This document shows positions 19,872 through 30,671 of a stretch of DNA of 64,000 nt, piece after piece; the stretch's first letter is position 1; each line of letters starts with the position of its first letter. Where the stretch lies: the NCBI GenBank assembly GCA_900772565.1, contig CAAHET010000093.1, positions 3,250 to 67,249 of the forward strand, given 5' to 3'. This DNA is from an uncultured Faecalibacterium sp. (GTDB lineage Bacteria > Bacillota > Clostridia > Oscillospirales > Ruminococcaceae). Position numbers and translations under genes: made by a program. Under the pieces are notes generated by a model that had not been told where the DNA came from, ran no database searches, and was given only the letters and a program-made list of their open reading frames with translations.

Positions 19872-20437
19872 TGGCACGAATGGGAAAGGTTTCAGCCGGG
19901 GATTTGAAAAAACTTCAACAGGAATTGAACAAGATTGAACAAAACGATGTTGAATCGTTCATTTCTGCCTGTGCGAAAGAATTAGCCGCCCGACTACTTG
20001 CCAAAGTTATCAAGCGAACACCCGTAGGCGACTACTCTAAAGAAATAACGGTGGTTGCTAAAAAGGATTCCAAACACCACAAGGCGGGCGATACTTACAC
20101 CAAACGTGTAAACCCCTCTGGAAAGATGGGCGGCACGTTGCGCCGGGGCTGGACTTCAGCAACGCATAAAGAAGCGGCAAGCGGTAAAGGCCGGGGCGAT
20201 GCGAGAGCCTACGCCGATTCCCTGCAAATCAATCATGTGGGAAATCTTCTCACGATTGATATTGTGAATCCCGTTGAGTATGCTTCTTATGTTGAGTATG
20301 GACACCGAACAGCTAATCATACAGGTTGGGTGCAAGGTCAATTCATGCTCACCATATCCGAACAGGAAATACAGACGATAGCCCCGCAAGTCCTTGAAGC
20401 AAAGATTAAGCAGTTTTTAGGGGAGTGCATAAAATGA
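19871..20437 (+). CDS. HK97 gp10-family tail-component protein
   Basis: GTLRRGW...VEYASYVEYGH pattern. Confidence 0.55.
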   Translation: MARMGKVSAGDLKKLQQELNKIEQNDVESFISACAKELAARLLAKVIKRTPVGDYSKEITVVAKKDSKHHKAGDTYTKRVNPSGKMGGTLRRGWTSATHKEAASGKGRGDARAYADSLQINHVGNLLTIDIVNPVEYASYVEYGHRTANHTGWVQGQFMLTISEQEIQTIAPQVLEAKIKQFLGECIK

Positions 20438-20865
20438 TAAATTCAATTATTGAAGCTATCAGCATTGCCTTAAATGCTGAATTTGGCGATGATTACACGA
20501 CTTACACGGAAGAACAGGAACAAGGCTTGAAAGAGCCTTGTTTTTTTATTTCCACCTTAGAGCCTACGCACAACCTTTTCCGTGATCGTAGATATTTTAA
20601 GCAACAGCAATTTTGCATCCAGTTCTTTCCCGCTGATAGGAGCAGAGAAAAGGCGGAGTGCAACGATACAGCCGAACGGCTGGAAGAATGTCTTGAAACT
20701 ATCACGGTTGACGGGGATTTGATGCGCGGCGACAAGATGAATCATAAGATCGTAGATAATGTGTTGAATTTCTTCGTGAATTATGATTGCTTCGTTATCA
20801 AGAAATACGACAGTGAGCCGATGGAAACATTGGAGATTAAAGGAGCTGTGAACAATGGCGGTTAA
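20434..20865 (+). CDS. putative tail terminator / tail completion protein
   Basis: Lies between the gp10-like gene and the sheath gene. 143 aa. Confidence 0.35.
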   Translation: MINSIIEAISIALNAEFGDDYTTYTEEQEQGLKEPCFFISTLEPTHNLFRDRRYFKQQQFCIQFFPADRSREKAECNDTAERLEECLETITVDGDLMRGDKMNHKIVDNVLNFFVNYDCFVIKKYDSEPMETLEIKGAVNNGG

Positions 20866-21040
20866 AAACACCACGGCAAAGGCGGCAGAAATGCCCGCAT
20901 TTACCAAAGAACAGCTTGTGAAAGCGGATCGCTGGTTCAATCGGCGTGATCTGCTTAACGCGCTGTTGGAAGATGATAAGACTTACACCATTGAACAGGT
21001 GGATGATCTTATCAAAGAATACTATAAGAAACCTATCTAA
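20855..21040 (+). CDS. hypothetical small protein
   Basis: 61-aa ORF. Confidence 0.3.
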   Translation: MAVKNTTAKAAEMPAFTKEQLVKADRWFNRRDLLNALLEDDKTYTIEQVDDLIKEYYKKPI

Positions 21041-21060
21041 AGAAAGGAAAGGTGAGTAAA

Positions 21061-22371
21061 ATGGCACTTGGCGGCGGTACTTTCGTAACGCAGAACAAGA
21101 TTCTGCCCGGTGCTTACATCAACTTCGTATCGCTTGCATCTGCATCCGCTACGCTGTCTGATCGTGGCACTGTTACCATGCCCCTTATGCTGGACTGGGG
21201 CAATGAAAGCGGCGTTTTTGAAGTCACTAACGGTGATTTCCAGAAGTCCACTATGAAGCTGTTCGGCTACACCTACACCGATGATAAGATGAAAGGCTTG
21301 CGTGATCTTTTCAAGAAAGCAAAGACCCTGTACGCCTATCGTCTGAACGGCGGCGGCAAGAAAGCAAGCAACACCTTTGCTACGGCAAAGTACAGCGGTA
21401 CGCGCGGCAATGATCTGAAGATCGTGATCCAGAAGAACGCGGATAACGATTCTCTGTTTGACGTGTCCACCTATATGGGACTGTCTAAGGTGGATGCGCA
21501 GACCGTGGACAAGGTAAGCGCACTGACTGACAACGACTATGTTTCTTTCAAAAAGGATGCTACGCTTGCCGTTACCGCTTCTACCCCGCTCACTGGCGGC
21601 GAGAATGGCGCGGGTACGAGTGACGCATACCAGACCTATCTTGATAAGATCGAACCGTATGCGTTCAACTCCATGGGCGTTGTCACCACTGACAAGGCAA
21701 CTAAGGGGCTGTTTGCATCGTTCAACAAGCGTATGCGCGATGAGGTCGGTAAGAAGTTCCAGCTTGTCCTGTATCAGTACAAGGAAGCTGATTACATGGG
21801 TACGATCAGCGTCAAAAACAAGGTGCTGGACGATGGCGCAGATGAAGCAAGCCTTGTCTATTGGGTCACTGGCGCGGCGGGCGGCTGTGAGGTCAACAAG
21901 TCGAACCAGAACGTGATCTATGACGGCGAGTTCACCCCCGATCTGAACTATACACAGGCGGAACTTGAAAAGGCTATCAAGGCGGGCGAGTTCACTTTCC
22001 ACAACGTCAATGGCGTTCCCCGCGTCCTTGATGATATTAACACTATGGTATCTACCACTGATACTTGCGGTGATATTTTCAAGGATAACCAGACTATCCG
22101 CGTGATCGATCAGATTGCCAATGATACCGCTGTTCTGTTTGCGACTAAGTATCTGGGCGCAGTTCCCAACGATGCGGCGGGTCGTACCTCTTTTTGGGCT
22201 GACCTTGTGAAACTTCACAACGAACTTCAGAAAATCCGTGCTATCGAGGATTTCAAGGATTCTGATATTACGGTTGCACAGGGCGACACCAAAAAGTCCG
22301 TTGTGACTTCCGGCGCAATCTCTGTTATCAACGCAATGGGCAAGTTGTATATGTCCGTTTGCGTGTCTTAA
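21061..22371 (+). CDS. tail sheath protein (XkdK-like)
   Basis: N-terminus MALGGGTF...PGAYINF is typical of sheath proteins. About 436 aa. RBS AAAGGAAAGGTGAG. Confidence 0.85.
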   Translation: MALGGGTFVTQNKILPGAYINFVSLASASATLSDRGTVTMPLMLDWGNESGVFEVTNGDFQKSTMKLFGYTYTDDKMKGLRDLFKKAKTLYAYRLNGGGKKASNTFATAKYSGTRGNDLKIVIQKNADNDSLFDVSTYMGLSKVDAQTVDKVSALTDNDYVSFKKDATLAVTASTPLTGGENGAGTSDAYQTYLDKIEPYAFNSMGVVTTDKATKGLFASFNKRMRDEVGKKFQLVLYQYKEADYMGTISVKNKVLDDGADEASLVYWVTGAAGGCEVNKSNQNVIYDGEFTPDLNYTQAELEKAIKAGEFTFHNVNGVPRVLDDINTMVSTTDTCGDIFKDNQTIRVIDQIANDTAVLFATKYLGAVPNDAAGRTSFWADLVKLHNELQKIRAIEDFKDSDITVAQGDTKKSVVTSGAISVINAMGKLYMSVCVS

Positions 22372-22391
22372 AGAAAGGGGGTTAATGCAGT

Positions 22392-22880
22392 ATGGCACAG
22401 CCTACTAATGTTTTTATGAAGTCTAAGGACGCGATTTCCGCGCGTCTGGCGGAATGCTTTGTCACCATTGGTGATCGCCGCTATAACTTCATGCAGATCA
22501 TCAACTTTGAAGCAAAGATCGACAAGACCAAATCCAAAGTTCCCCGCCTTGGCACTATTATGATCGGCCACAAGTCCGTTGCACAGGAAGGCACTTACTC
22601 CGGCAAAGCGCATTACAATCAGTCCGTAATGCGTGAATGTCTGGCAGAGTTCAAGCGCACGGGAGAGGACACCTACTTTGAAATTCAGGTCACGAACGAT
22701 GACCCGGCAAGCGCGGCACAGCGTCAGACCGTTGTTTTCTACGACTGTCTGACCGATGGCGGCACGCTGGCTAAGTTCGATGCCGATTCGGAGTATCTGG
22801 ATGAGGATATTTCCGGCACGTTCGATGATTATTCCATCCCGGAAGATTTCACCGAACTGGACGGTTTCGCCACTAACTAA
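22392..22880 (+). CDS. tail tube protein (XkdM-like)
   Basis: 162 aa immediately after the sheath gene. Confidence 0.8.
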   Translation: MAQPTNVFMKSKDAISARLAECFVTIGDRRYNFMQIINFEAKIDKTKSKVPRLGTIMIGHKSVAQEGTYSGKAHYNQSVMRECLAEFKRTGEDTYFEIQVTNDDPASAAQRQTVVFYDCLTDGGTLAKFDADSEYLDEDISGTFDDYSIPEDFTELDGFATN

Positions 22881-22952
22881 GATCGTTGCCCCCGGATGTG
22901 GAAATGTACCCATTCGGGGGCTTTTCTTTGTAAAGAATGAGAGGTACAGAAA

Positions 22953-23384
22953 ATGTCTAATTTTTCCTATTTTATGAAAGCGAACAAAAAGGTTAAGGAA
23001 AATGTTTTCCACCCTGTTACCGCTTCTCTGTGCGATGCCAACGGCAAGCCCCTTGATTGGGAGTTCCGGCACATCACCTCTAAGGAAAATGATGAAATCC
23101 GCGAGGATTGCACCAAAGAAATTCCCGTCACTGGCAAGCCTAACCTGTACCGCCCCCATGTGGACGGTAGCAAGTACACTAAGGAACTGCTCGTCAAGTC
23201 CATCGTCACCCCCGATCTGTACAATGTCGAACTTCAGAACAGTTACGGCGTGAAAAAGCCGGATGATCTGCTGATGGCAATGGTGGACGATCCGGGCGAG
23301 TACAACGCTCTGGTTGCCTTTGTCCAGAATCTTCAGGGCTTCAACACCTCTTTCAACGATCTGGTGGATGAAGCAAAAAACTAA
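22953..23384 (+). CDS. tail assembly chaperone (XkdN-like)
   Basis: 143 aa, acidic, between the tube and tape-measure genes. Confidence 0.5.
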   Translation: MSNFSYFMKANKKVKENVFHPVTASLCDANGKPLDWEFRHITSKENDEIREDCTKEIPVTGKPNLYRPHVDGSKYTKELLVKSIVTPDLYNVELQNSYGVKKPDDLLMAMVDDPGEYNALVAFVQNLQGFNTSFNDLVDEAKN

Positions 23385-23579
23385 TTGAAGAGGGTGACTG
23401 GGAAGCGAGTTTTGCTTTCTATGCCCTCTTAAAATTGCACATCTTACCATCCCAATTTCTTGAAATGGACGAACGGGAAAAGGCGTTCGTAATCGCGTCC
23501 ATCAAGATCAAACAGGAAGATGATGCAAGGCAGAAAAAAGAACTTGAGAGGAAAGCAAGCCGGAAAGGACGGTGATTAA

Positions 23580-26500
23580 ATGGCTTCTATCAAGACTTCA
23601 ATCGAACTGTATGACAATTTTTCTGATCCTATGATGGATATTGTCAACGCCGCAAATGCTGGCACTATCGCTATTGAAAACGTACAATCCGCGATGAATG
23701 CGGGCGTAGATATGAGCGGTATTAACCGGGCTACGGCGGCAATGCAGTCTTTTGAAAACACGATGCAAGCCATTGAAGCACCCTCTTTTTCCTTTGGAGA
23801 TGTGGACACCACCTTACCAGATTTGGGGGTTACAACTCCAAACATTACAGTCCCGGTGATCCCCGTTGTGGAAAGTCAGCCGCAAATTGACGTTCCCGAT
23901 GGGATCACCGTACCTGTAACGGCGGAAGTTATGGAGCAACCCCGAATTGACGTACCCACAGGAATTGAAGTTCCCGTGAGTGCTGAAATTACGGAACAGC
24001 CGCAAATTGACGTTCCCGATGGGATCACCGTACCTGTTGAACTTTCTGGCGTGTCTGAATCTGAAAAACAGATTCAAGATATTTCAACTAGATTGAACAA
24101 CATTTTGAACTATCAGAACGCAATTAACAACGTGGGTCAAAACCTATTCGTTATGCCGGGGGATTCGGCGGCAGAGATCGCCGGGATCAACCGAGAATTA
24201 GGCCAAATGCAGACCGCGCTTGATTACTTGAAAACAAATCCGTTTGATCTTGATTCGTCCGTTGCACAGTTGCAGTTGGGCAGTCTGTCAAGCGCGATTG
24301 ACAACGTGATTGAGCGGCAGGAGCGGCTTAATGATTTGATGGGCGATGTTCCCTCACAGGTGTATAGCGCAACGCCCACCGTGCAGGATGCCCCACAGGT
24401 TGAGCCTACACAAGCCCCGGTAAATGTTCCGTTTAACTGGCAAGCTGACAATATGAACGTGTTTGAGAACACGGGCATAGAGCGTTTTCAGCAGGAAATA
24501 GAGAGTGCTAATACAATGCTTGTCGCATTGAACGACACTCAACAGCGGATCGCAGAAACGGCGACAAGCGTTGACTTGTTCCCCGCGAATGCGGTTACTG
24601 ATCTAAGCGGTATGCAAACCCGCTTACAGGCGATTCAAGATCGTATCGTGCAGATTGAAAACAACCCCTTAAACATGGGTACTAACGCCGCTAATTCGGA
24701 GTTGGAACAGTTGCGGGGGCAGTTGGATCAAGCTGTACAGGCACAGCAAGCCCTTAATAGTGCTGTTGACAATATGGACGTACAGGCGGCGAATGATGCT
24801 TACTTGCGGTTATCGCAAACCGTGAGCGGCACAGAACGCTATATCCGTGACAACGTGGATGAACAGGGGCGTTTTAACTCCACCATCGAACAAGGTACAG
24901 TTGAAGCGAATATGCTTGCACAGACCATCAAAGGGGCGGTTGCTTCTTTCGTGGGCATTGCGGGCGTAAAGAAAGCACTGGACTTTGTGGGCGAAACGAC
25001 ACAGGCATTTAACACACAGCTTAACGCGGAAACACAGCTTGCAAGCGTTTTGTCGAATATGCTGACCACGGATGCCGTGGCACAGTATCAAGTTGATGTT
25101 TCGGCTGATACCACGGATGCCGTGAACCAGATCAACGCTATTCAGAACAGCGTTGATGAAGTAAAAGTGCCTGTTTCTGCTGAAACACAGGCGTTGACAG
25201 CGGCTTTCGATCAGATCACGAGTAAGGCAAGCGAGATTCAAGGCCGGGGCATTTATGGCGATGAAGCTATGATTGCGGCGGCTGGCGAGTTCTCCACCTA
25301 CTTCACGGATGCGGACGCTATTACAACGATGATGGACACGCTGGCAGATTACGCTATGGGTATGTCTGGCGGCGGTGCATTGGATTCCACAGCGTTAGTT
25401 GATTACGCAACGGGTTTGGGCAAGATGATGTCCGGCGCGTATGACGCTATGACCAAAAAGGGCTTTGAAGTCACGGATGTTCAGAAAGCAATTATTGAGG
25501 GAACGGCAACGCAAGCGCAGATCACACAGGAGTTAGGCGCAGAATACGCCAATATGTCCAGTGATATGCAGGCGGCGGCTACTATTTCCGAAATCATTGA
25601 AGAATCTTGGGCGGGCTTGTATGAGAATATGAGCAACACCCCGGAGGGAAAGATCATCCAGATGACAAACGCTTGGGGCGATATGGAAGAGATGATTGGT
25701 GGGCGGCTGTACCCTTGTGTACTGCTTTTCGTTGATGCCGTTAATAGTAACTGGCCTACCATCGAAACCGTTGTACAGGGCATTACAGGCGGCTTACAGA
25801 TCATGCTTACCGTCCTTTCGTGGATTGCACAGGGCGCGCTTACTGTCGCTGACGTTGTAGCTAACAACTGGTCGTGGATTTCCCCGATCATTGGCGGCGT
25901 AACAGCGGCATTGATGGCCTATTACGGTTCGCGGCTGGCGGTGAACGCTGTTGACATGATCGGCAACGGTATTCACCTTGCAACGGCGGCGGTAATGATG
26001 ATACACGCGGCGGCAACTGGTACGCTGACAGCCGCCACAGCCGCAGAAATCGCGGCACAGAACGGCTTAAACGGTGCGTTGCTGGCTTGTCCTATCACAT
26101 GGATTGTCATGGGCGTTATCGCCCTTATAGCCGTGCTTTTGGCGGTTACAAACGCAATCGCACAGGTGACGGGCGTTACACAGTCCGGCGTTGGTATTAT
26201 CACGGGCGTTATCGCCGTAGGCGGTGCGTTCATCCTGAATACCATTATCTCCCTGATTAACAGCGTTATCACGCTGGGCGTGGGTTTCTGGAATATGCTT
26301 GCCAATTTTGCGGCGGCTTTCGGTTTGATCTTCAATGATCCAATCGCCGCGATTGAAGTTATGTTCCTATCGCTGTTTAACTTCATTGTGTCTATCGTAT
26401 CTTCGGCGGCGGGTATTCTTGATACTATCTTTGGTTCTGATCTGCAAAGCGCAGTTCAAGGATTTCAAGATAAGATTCAAGCCCAAATCAACACCACTGT

Positions 26501-26963
26501 TGAGAACGCCGGGGGCGACAAGCCGAAAACGCTTGATCCGTCTGATTACACTATGGATCACATTTCCTATGGGGATGCGTTCAGCATGGGTGCAGATTTT
26601 GGAGATGGCGTTGTCGGTGGAATCTCCGACTTTTTCAATAAAACTTTCAACATGGATTCCATTGCACCCTCTGTTGATCTTAGCGATTACACAGCGGGCA
26701 TTGGTGACGGTGTGAAAGATATTGCCGGAAACACCGGGGCAATTAAAAATTCTCTGGATATTACGGATGAAGATTTGAAGTATTTGAGAGATATTGCCGA
26801 ACAGGAAGTTATCAACCGCTTTACGACTGCTGAAGTGAAAATTGATATGTCTGGCATGAACAACAACATTTCCAACGGTATGGATTTGGATGGCGTTGTT
26901 TCTGTTATGGCAGAGGGTGTAGCTGAAGCAATCGACACAGCCGCCGAGGGGGTGCATGAGTAA
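23580..26963 (+). CDS. tail tape measure protein
   Basis: 1127 aa. Long helical N-terminal half and a C-terminal hydrophobic Gly/Ala/Ile-rich TM-like segment. Internal 20-aa tandem repeats. Confidence 0.85.
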   Translation: MASIKTSIELYDNFSDPMMDIVNAANAGTIAIENVQSAMNAGVDMSGINRATAAMQSFENTMQAIEAPSFSFGDVDTTLPDLGVTTPNITVPVIPVVESQPQIDVPDGITVPVTAEVMEQPRIDVPTGIEVPVSAEITEQPQIDVPDGITVPVELSGVSESEKQIQDISTRLNNILNYQNAINNVGQNLFVMPGDSAAEIAGINRELGQMQTALDYLKTNPFDLDSSVAQLQLGSLSSAIDNVIERQERLNDLMGDVPSQVYSATPTVQDAPQVEPTQAPVNVPFNWQADNMNVFENTGIERFQQEIESANTMLVALNDTQQRIAETATSVDLFPANAVTDLSGMQTRLQAIQDRIVQIENNPLNMGTNAANSELEQLRGQLDQAVQAQQALNSAVDNMDVQAANDAYLRLSQTVSGTERYIRDNVDEQGRFNSTIEQGTVEANMLAQTIKGAVASFVGIAGVKKALDFVGETTQAFNTQLNAETQLASVLSNMLTTDAVAQYQVDVSADTTDAVNQINAIQNSVDEVKVPVSAETQALTAAFDQITSKASEIQGRGIYGDEAMIAAAGEFSTYFTDADAITTMMDTLADYAMGMSGGGALDSTALVDYATGLGKMMSGAYDAMTKKGFEVTDVQKAIIEGTATQAQITQELGAEYANMSSDMQAAATISEIIEESWAGLYENMSNTPEGKIIQMTNAWGDMEEMIGGRLYPCVLLFVDAVNSNWPTIETVVQGITGGLQIMLTVLSWIAQGALTVADVVANNWSWISPIIGGVTAALMAYYGSRLAVNAVDMIGNGIHLATAAVMMIHAAATGTLTAATAAEIAAQNGLNGALLACPITWIVMGVIALIAVLLAVTNAIAQVTGVTQSGVGIITGVIAVGGAFILNTIISLINSVITLGVGFWNMLANFAAAFGLIFNDPIAAIEVMFLSLFNFIVSIVSSAAGILDTIFGSDLQSAVQGFQDKIQAQINTTVENAGGDKPKTLDPSDYTMDHISYGDAFSMGADFGDGVVGGISDFFNKTFNMDSIAPSVDLSDYTAGIGDGVKDIAGNTGAIKNSLDITDEDLKYLRDIAEQEVINRFTTAEVKIDMSGMNNNISNGMDLDGVVSVMAEGVAEAIDTAAEGVHE
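23877..24037 (+). repeat. three tandem 60-nt (20-aa) repeats inside the tape measure gene; the outer two copies share a 41-bp perfect match
   Basis: cagccgcaaattgacgttcccgatgggatcaccgtacctgt occurs at 23877 and again at 23997. The peptide repeat reads PQIDVPDGITVPV. Confidence 0.9.
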
Positions 26964-27655
26964 TGAGCAATGGCTATATGGTTTTCCTGAAGTATTGTTT
27001 ATTGCCCGTCACCCCTAGCAAGATCACCACCAAAATCAACAACGCCAACAAAACAATCACCTTGATTGATGAGGGGCAAGTCAACCTGTTAAAGAAAGCA
27101 GAGTTGACCGATGTTGAATTTGAGTGCATGATCCCGCAAACCAACTATCCGTTTGCTCTGTACAAGTCGGGCTTTCTGGGAGCAAGTTTCTTTCTTGCTT
27201 ACTTTGAACGCCTGAAAACAAGTAAGAAACCGTTTCAGTTCATCGTTGTTCGGATGAAGCCGAACGGACGGATTTTGTTCTCTACTAACCTCAAAGTGAC
27301 GCTTGAAGATTATACCATCGTTGAGGATGCCGGACAGGGCTTAGATTTGACGGTGAAAATCAATCTGAAGCAATGGCGAGATTACAGAACGAAACTTGTA
27401 AATATTCAAGAAAACGATGATTCCACGATCACAGCCACGGTACAGGCTACACGGGCGGCGGAAACCGCCCCCACGCCTACCGCTGGGCAGACTTACACTG
27501 TAAAATCTGGCGATTCTCTTTGTGCCATTGCAAAGAAGTATTACGGTAGCAGTAGCAAGTATACGGATATTTACAACGCCAATAAGTCCGTTATCGGCGG
27601 CAATCCGAACTTAATCAAGCCCGGTCAAGTCCTGACTTTGCCGGAATCTAGCTAA
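26963..27655 (+). CDS. XkdP-like tail protein with a C-terminal LysM domain
   Basis: YTVKSGDSLCAIAKKYYG...NLIKPGQVLTLP is a LysM motif. Confidence 0.7.
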   Translation: MSNGYMVFLKYCLLPVTPSKITTKINNANKTITLIDEGQVNLLKKAELTDVEFECMIPQTNYPFALYKSGFLGASFFLAYFERLKTSKKPFQFIVVRMKPNGRILFSTNLKVTLEDYTIVEDAGQGLDLTVKINLKQWRDYRTKLVNIQENDDSTITATVQATRAAETAPTPTAGQTYTVKSGDSLCAIAKKYYGSSSKYTDIYNANKSVIGGNPNLIKPGQVLTLPESS

Positions 27656-27669
27656 AAGGGGGTGCTTTT

Positions 27670-28650
27670 ATGAACGTAGAATTTATGATTACTGATCCGA
27701 AAAGCGGACAGAACTATTTCCCCGCTGTTCAAGAAGGTATCACATGGACTACGGAACGTAGAAGCAACCCCGGCAAGCTGGAATTTACCATTGTACGGGA
27801 TGAGATTATCAAGTTTACCGAGGGTTCGCCCGTCCGCTTAAAGGTGGACGGCAAGCCCGTTTTCTTTGGCTTTGCCTTTACACAGAAAGGAAGTAAGGAT
27901 GAACTTGTCAAGATCACCGCCTACGATCAGTTGCGGTATCTGAAAAATAAGGATACTTACGTTTATAAAAACAAAACTGCATCCGACTTTATAAAAATGG
28001 TCGGTGCGGACTTCAACTTGAATTTGGGAAGTATCGCAGATACGGGCTATAAAATCCCCTCAAGGGTAGAAGATAACACTTCACTTTTTGAGATGATCGA
28101 AAACGCCCTTGATCTCACCATGCAGAACACAAAGCAAATGTTCGTTCTGTATGATGATTTTGGAAAGCTGACCCTCAAAAATCTTTCTGATATGCGCGTT
28201 GGTGAACAGGGTGCGTATTTTATGATTGATGAAGTGACGGGCGAAAATTTTGAATATACGGCAAGCATTGACAATAGCACCTATAATAAAATTAAGCTGA
28301 CCTATGAAAATGAATCCACTGGCAAGCGGGATGTTTACATTGCGCAGGACAGCGGACACATTAACGAATGGGGCGTTTTGCAGTATTACGACACTTTATC
28401 CAAAGGCGAAAACGGGCAATCGAAAGCGGACGCACTTTTGAAGTTATACAATCAAAAGACCCGAAATTTGAAGATTCAGAACGCCTTTGGTGATCCTAGA
28501 GTAAGAGCAGGGAGCATGATTATTGTAAATCTGGATTTGGGAGATATGAAAGTGAAAAACTTCATGCTTGTGGAGCGGGCAACCCACACTTTCAAGCTGG
28601 ATGAACATTCTATGACCCTAACGCTTCGAGGGGGTGAACTTGTTGCCTGA
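27670..28650 (+). CDS. XkdQ-like tail/baseplate protein (late control gene D-like)
   Basis: 326 aa. Assigned on position and size within the PBSX-like array. Confidence 0.55.
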   Translation: MNVEFMITDPKSGQNYFPAVQEGITWTTERRSNPGKLEFTIVRDEIIKFTEGSPVRLKVDGKPVFFGFAFTQKGSKDELVKITAYDQLRYLKNKDTYVYKNKTASDFIKMVGADFNLNLGSIADTGYKIPSRVEDNTSLFEMIENALDLTMQNTKQMFVLYDDFGKLTLKNLSDMRVGEQGAYFMIDEVTGENFEYTASIDNSTYNKIKLTYENESTGKRDVYIAQDSGHINEWGVLQYYDTLSKGENGQSKADALLKLYNQKTRNLKIQNAFGDPRVRAGSMIIVNLDLGDMKVKNFMLVERATHTFKLDEHSMTLTLRGGELVA

Positions 28651-29068
28651 TTATACTGCACTCTTACGAGAAATCAAAAGAGCCGCAAAAGAAGTATATG
28701 AAGCGTCCAAACCTACACAAGTTTGTTATGGCGAGGTCACAAGCGATTCACCCTTGAAAATTCAAGTAGATCAAAAGCTGGTTTTGGAAGAAGAACAGCT
28801 TGTGTTGTGCCGGAATGTCACCGACTATGAATGTGACGTTGAATTTTCGTTGAAAACCGAAAAATTACAGCACAATCATACAGGCGTACACGGCCCAACT
28901 CAACCTGTTACTTTGCAATACAAGGTCAAAAACAAGAAGAAAATGAAAGTCTATAACGCTCTGAAAAAAGGTGATGCGGTTTTGCTGATCCGGGAGCAAG
29001 GCGGACAGAAGTACATTGTGATTGACCGTATCAAGCCAATTCCAGAGATGAAAGGTGAGTGGGTATAA
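28634..29068 (+). CDS. XkdR-like (DUF2577) baseplate protein
   Basis: 144 aa. Assigned on position. Confidence 0.4.
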   Translation: MNLLPDYTALLREIKRAAKEVYEASKPTQVCYGEVTSDSPLKIQVDQKLVLEEEQLVLCRNVTDYECDVEFSLKTEKLQHNHTGVHGPTQPVTLQYKVKNKKKMKVYNALKKGDAVLLIREQGGQKYIVIDRIKPIPEMKGEWV

Positions 29069-29472
29069 TGATTCCGTCAACTACTGGATTTCTGGATAAG
29101 GATTTTGAGATCACCCAACAGCCCACCTACACCCACCTAATGCAACTTGACAACAAGGTGATTCGTGGGTACACGGACGGTCAAGAAGCAATGCGGCAAG
29201 CCATTTTCAAGATTCTGCAAACCGAACGCTATCAATACGTTATCTATTCGTGGAATTACGGCATTGAAACGCTTGATCTGTACGGACAGCCCGTTGCATG
29301 GGTGTGCCCGGAATTGGAGCGCAGGATCACGGAAGCCCTCACTTGTGATGATCGGATCACAAGCGTTTCGGACTTCGATTTTGACACGTCCAAAAAAGGC
29401 GTGGTGCATTGCACTTTTACCGCCCATACCATTTTTGGAGATGTTCAAGCAGAAAGAGAGGTGAATTTCTGA
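29068..29472 (+). CDS. XkdS-like (DUF2634) baseplate protein
   Basis: 134 aa. ATG at 29068 is coupled to the previous stop. Confidence 0.45.
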   Translation: MIPSTTGFLDKDFEITQQPTYTHLMQLDNKVIRGYTDGQEAMRQAIFKILQTERYQYVIYSWNYGIETLDLYGQPVAWVCPELERRITEALTCDDRITSVSDFDFDTSKKGVVHCTFTAHTIFGDVQAEREVNF

Positions 29473-30671
29473 TGTATGAGGGCGAAACCCATGAAGTAAT
29501 TCTTGATCGGATGCTCAAACGGGTATCTGACAAATTCGACAAACGCGAGGGTTCTATTTTGTGGGACACCCATTCCCCAACAGCGTTTGAATTTCAGCTT
29601 TTGTATATCGAACTTGACACGATTTTGCGTGAAGCATACGGCGACACGGCAAGCCGTGAGTTTCTGATCCGCCGTTGCAAAGAACGCGGCATTGCCCCGG
29701 ACGAGGCAACCCACGCAATCTTAAAAGGCGAGTTCACCCCGAAAAATATTGATGTTACGGGAAAGCGGTTCAATATTAGTTCACTCAACTTCAAAGTTGT
29801 TGAACAAATTGCGGACGGTGAATATAAGGTTGAGTGCGAAACACCCGGCGTTGTTGGTAATCAGCAGTTGGGAACGATGATCCCGATTGAATACATTGAG
29901 GGTTTGGAAACTGCCGAACTTACGGGCGTTCTGATCCCCGGCGAGGATGAAGAAGATACTGAAGCCTTGCGCAAGCGGTACTTTGATTCTTTCAATGAAA
30001 AGGCGTTCGGCGGCAACGTGCAAGATTACCTTACTAAAACCAATAGCATTCCCGGCGTTGGTAGCACTAAGGTAACGCGGGTGTGGAACAGCGATATTTC
30101 CCCCGCGTCCATGATCCCATCTGTCAAGGTGAAATCGTGGTATGAATCCACCATCAACACCCTTTCCGGGGATGCGGCGGACTGGTTGCGCACCGTTTAC
30201 ACAGCGGCGGCAGAAAAGAAACTTACCACGGGCGGAACGGTGCTTCTCACGATCCTTAACTCTGACTATGGTATTGCATCAAGCACTTTGCTTGAAACTG
30301 TCCAGAACACTATTGACCCGCCCGAAAACGCGGGCGATGGATACGGTTTAGCCCCTATTGGTCACGTTGTTTCGGTCAAGAGCGCGGACGCTGTACAGGT
30401 GCAAGTGAAAACCACGCTCACGTTTGACAGCGGTTATAGCTGGTCTAATCTGCAAAACTCCATCAACACGGCAATTTCTGATTACCTGTTAGAGTTGCGC
30501 AAATCGTGGGCTGATACGGCGTTCCTTGTGGTGCGTGTAAGTCAGATTGAAACAAGGCTTTTGAGTATCAAGGGCATTGTGGATATTGACAACACACGGA
30601 TCAACGGTACGGCGGAAAATCTGGCCTTGGGGCGGTATGAAGTTCCCATGTTTGGGGGTGCAAGCGCATGA
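29472..30671 (+). CDS. baseplate J-like protein (XkdT-like)
   Basis: About 400 aa. ATG at 29472 within the listed ORF 29409..30671. Confidence 0.7.
   Translation: MYEGETHEVILDRMLKRVSDKFDKREGSILWDTHSPTAFEFQLLYIELDTILREAYGDTASREFLIRRCKERGIAPDEATHAILKGEFTPKNIDVTGKRFNISSLNFKVVEQIADGEYKVECETPGVVGNQQLGTMIPIEYIEGLETAELTGVLIPGEDEEDTEALRKRYFDSFNEKAFGGNVQDYLTKTNSIPGVGSTKVTRVWNSDISPASMIPSVKVKSWYESTINTLSGDAADWLRTVYTAAAEKKLTTGGTVLLTILNSDYGIASSTLLETVQNTIDPPENAGDGYGLAPIGHVVSVKSADAVQVQVKTTLTFDSGYSWSNLQNSINTAISDYLLELRKSWADTAFLVVRVSQIETRLLSIKGIVDIDNTRINGTAENLALGRYEVPMFGGASA

Noticed and set aside
21037-23450. Minus-strand ORFs of 453 and 360 aa opposite the sheath, tube and XkdN genes
   Set aside because: They are antisense to the conserved tail module. 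The sheath N-terminus MALGGGTF on the plus strand is diagnostic.
23463-23578. Small ORF (MDEREKAFVIASIKIKQEDDARQKKELERKASRKGR) between the XkdN-like and tape measure genes, considered as a frameshift extension of the chaperone
   Set aside because: It is separated from the chaperone by stops in all relevant frames, and it has no RBS or slippery site. It may be a vestige of the usual chaperone frameshift product, but this cannot be supported.
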